From Patescibacteria group bacterium (GTDB lineage Bacteria > Patescibacteriota > Minisyncoccia > Phycocordibacterales > JAKFXT01), in the NCBI GenBank assembly GCA_038063555.1, contig JBBTUX010000018.1:1-49545 (forward strand): 49,545 nt of DNA. Direction: 5' to 3'. Below are positions 48,495-49,545 of the stretch, piece by piece; position 1 is the first letter of the stretch; each line of letters opens with the position of its first letter. Below the pieces are notes generated by a model, which searched no databases, was not told the DNA's origin, and worked only from the letters and a program-made list of their open reading frames with translations. The translations under genes and the position numbers were made by a program.

Positions 48495-48524
48495 ATCCTA
48501 ACACAAAAACAACTCGCAAGTCAA
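48495..48524 (-). promoter_or_regulatory. Putative sigma70 promoter for infA operon
   Basis: Minus strand TTGACT-18 nt-TAGGAT with TG extension. Confidence 0.45.
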
Positions 48525-48645
48525 CAAAAACAACATCGACAGTTTTCATAACTGTAGTTTGGCCATACTATCATTAGTTATTATGTTGGGTCAAATTAGC
48601 AGAACTCTTACCCCAAGATCGTTCATCAGCAACTTAAAGACTCAA

Positions 48646-48687
48646 CTACATAGGACTGCCCTTGGTATTGCTGCCCTTGGTATTGCT
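48646..48687. repeat. REP-like copy and 14-bp tandem duplication overlapping the RAYT 3' end
   Basis: cataggactgcccttggtattg-ctgcccttggtattg; encodes SNTKGSNTKGSPM*. Confidence 0.75.
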
Positions 48688-49329
48688 ATATTTAAGCCAC
48701 TGGTCAGCGAAATTTTTAAAGCTATCTCGCTTTTCAAAATATTCTGGAAACACTTTTGTATCTAAAATTAGCATTTCTTCACGATCAATACCAATGTAGT
48801 CTAAGTAACTACTAAATTTATAATTATTCAAATATTTCTCAACGTAATCAATATTTTTAATACCCTCCTCTTTCCATTTTGGTTGAATTAATTTTACTGG
48901 ATTTAGAGAAATATAAAAATACAAATATTCTAAATATGAATCTTCGGCCACATGTTGAGCTTTAAATCTATTTTGGAATAACGGTCCAACACGATTATAC
49001 TTTTTGTTAAAATACATAGAATAACCAGTTGCTAATTTTTCCATGAATTTACTTATACCGTTTGGCTTTGTCTCTTTTAATAATAAATGAAAGTGATTTG
49101 GCATTAAACAATAAGAGCCGACGGCTGTTATTTGGCTATTTCTTTTGATTTCCGATAATGATTTGTTTTTTAAATCACGATACACATATCCATTTTCAGA
49201 ATTACTTAAATAAAGAAGTTTCACAAAACGTTGATAATCAGATTTTCTTTTAAAAATCTCTCTTTTTTCAACGCCACGATTATATATGTGATAATATTCC
49301 CCTTCAGATAAAACAATTTTTCTTTCCAT
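48646..49329 (-). mobile_element. REP-associated tyrosine (Y1 HUH) transposase, RAYT/IS200-like
   Basis: YYHIYNRG, YCLMPNHFHLLL (HUH), YFNKKY..VGPLFQ.RF, YISLNPVK, YKFSSY. Confidence 0.9.
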
Positions 49330-49340
49330 AACTTAAATAT

Positions 49341-49392
49341 ACACCAAGGGCATCCCTATGTGTACATTAGCACATAGGGATGCCCTTGGTGT
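49341..49392. repeat. REP doublet: 22-bp perfect inverted repeat upstream of RAYT
   Basis: acaccaagggcatccctatgtg-tacattag-cacatagggatgcccttggtgt. Confidence 0.9.
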
Positions 49393-49419
49393 CTTGGTTG
49401 GTGTCTTGGTGTAGTAGAT

Positions 49420-49494
49420 TTAGAGAGTTTGCGGACAAACCTCTAACGGGATAACCCCTCCCATTAGAGAGTTTGTGGACAAACCTCTAACGGG
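49420..49494. repeat. Two tandem minimal family A hairpins
   Basis: ttagagagtttgcggacaaacctctaacggg and cccattagagagtttgtggacaaacctctaacggg. Confidence 0.85.
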
Positions 49495-49545
49495 ACAAGT
49501 TCATCACCTTCCTAATAGTACCTGGACCAAAGAATCCGGTGCCTT

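Noticed and set aside
49341-49494. Possible CRISPR array from repeated ~31-bp units
   Set aside because: Only two copies with a ~9-nt gap, no unique spacers and no cas genes
49501-49545. Possible 3' end of a minus-strand gene at the window edge
   Set aside because: Too short to establish frame or identity

Overview
AT-rich bacterial chromosome segment. Gene content and style (short non-discriminating AspRS, YqeY, few Shine-Dalgarno (SD) sites, many orphan ORFs) suggest Patescibacteria/CPR (Parcubacteria-like); this is an inference. It is mostly housekeeping: rmuC, rplU, recR, dnaB, cysS, corA, ctpA, rplI, rpmA, gltX-murG-ftsW-mraY-scpBA-aspS-trpS, dnaJ-dnaK-grpE, rpsI-rplM and the alpha operon through infA. 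Accessory content: a defence-type locus next to tRNA-Glu (EcoRI-family MTase, TIGR04141/DUF6119-like protein, DUF262-like protein), an SDR-methyltransferase-7TM histidine kinase-7TM protein operon, an AbrB/RelE toxin-antitoxin (TA) pair, and a REP-associated tyrosine transposase (RAYT). The strongest unexplained signal is non-coding. Six 100-134 bp inverted-repeat elements (CCCGTTAG...CTAACGGG or CCTGTAGT...ACTACGGG) end exactly at the start codons of yqeY, dnaB, scpB, trpS, rplM and rpmJ. A second family sits at the starts of dnaK and rpsK. Minimal copies of the first family lie beside the RAYT gene. All family assignments come from motif recognition by eye; no database searches were run.
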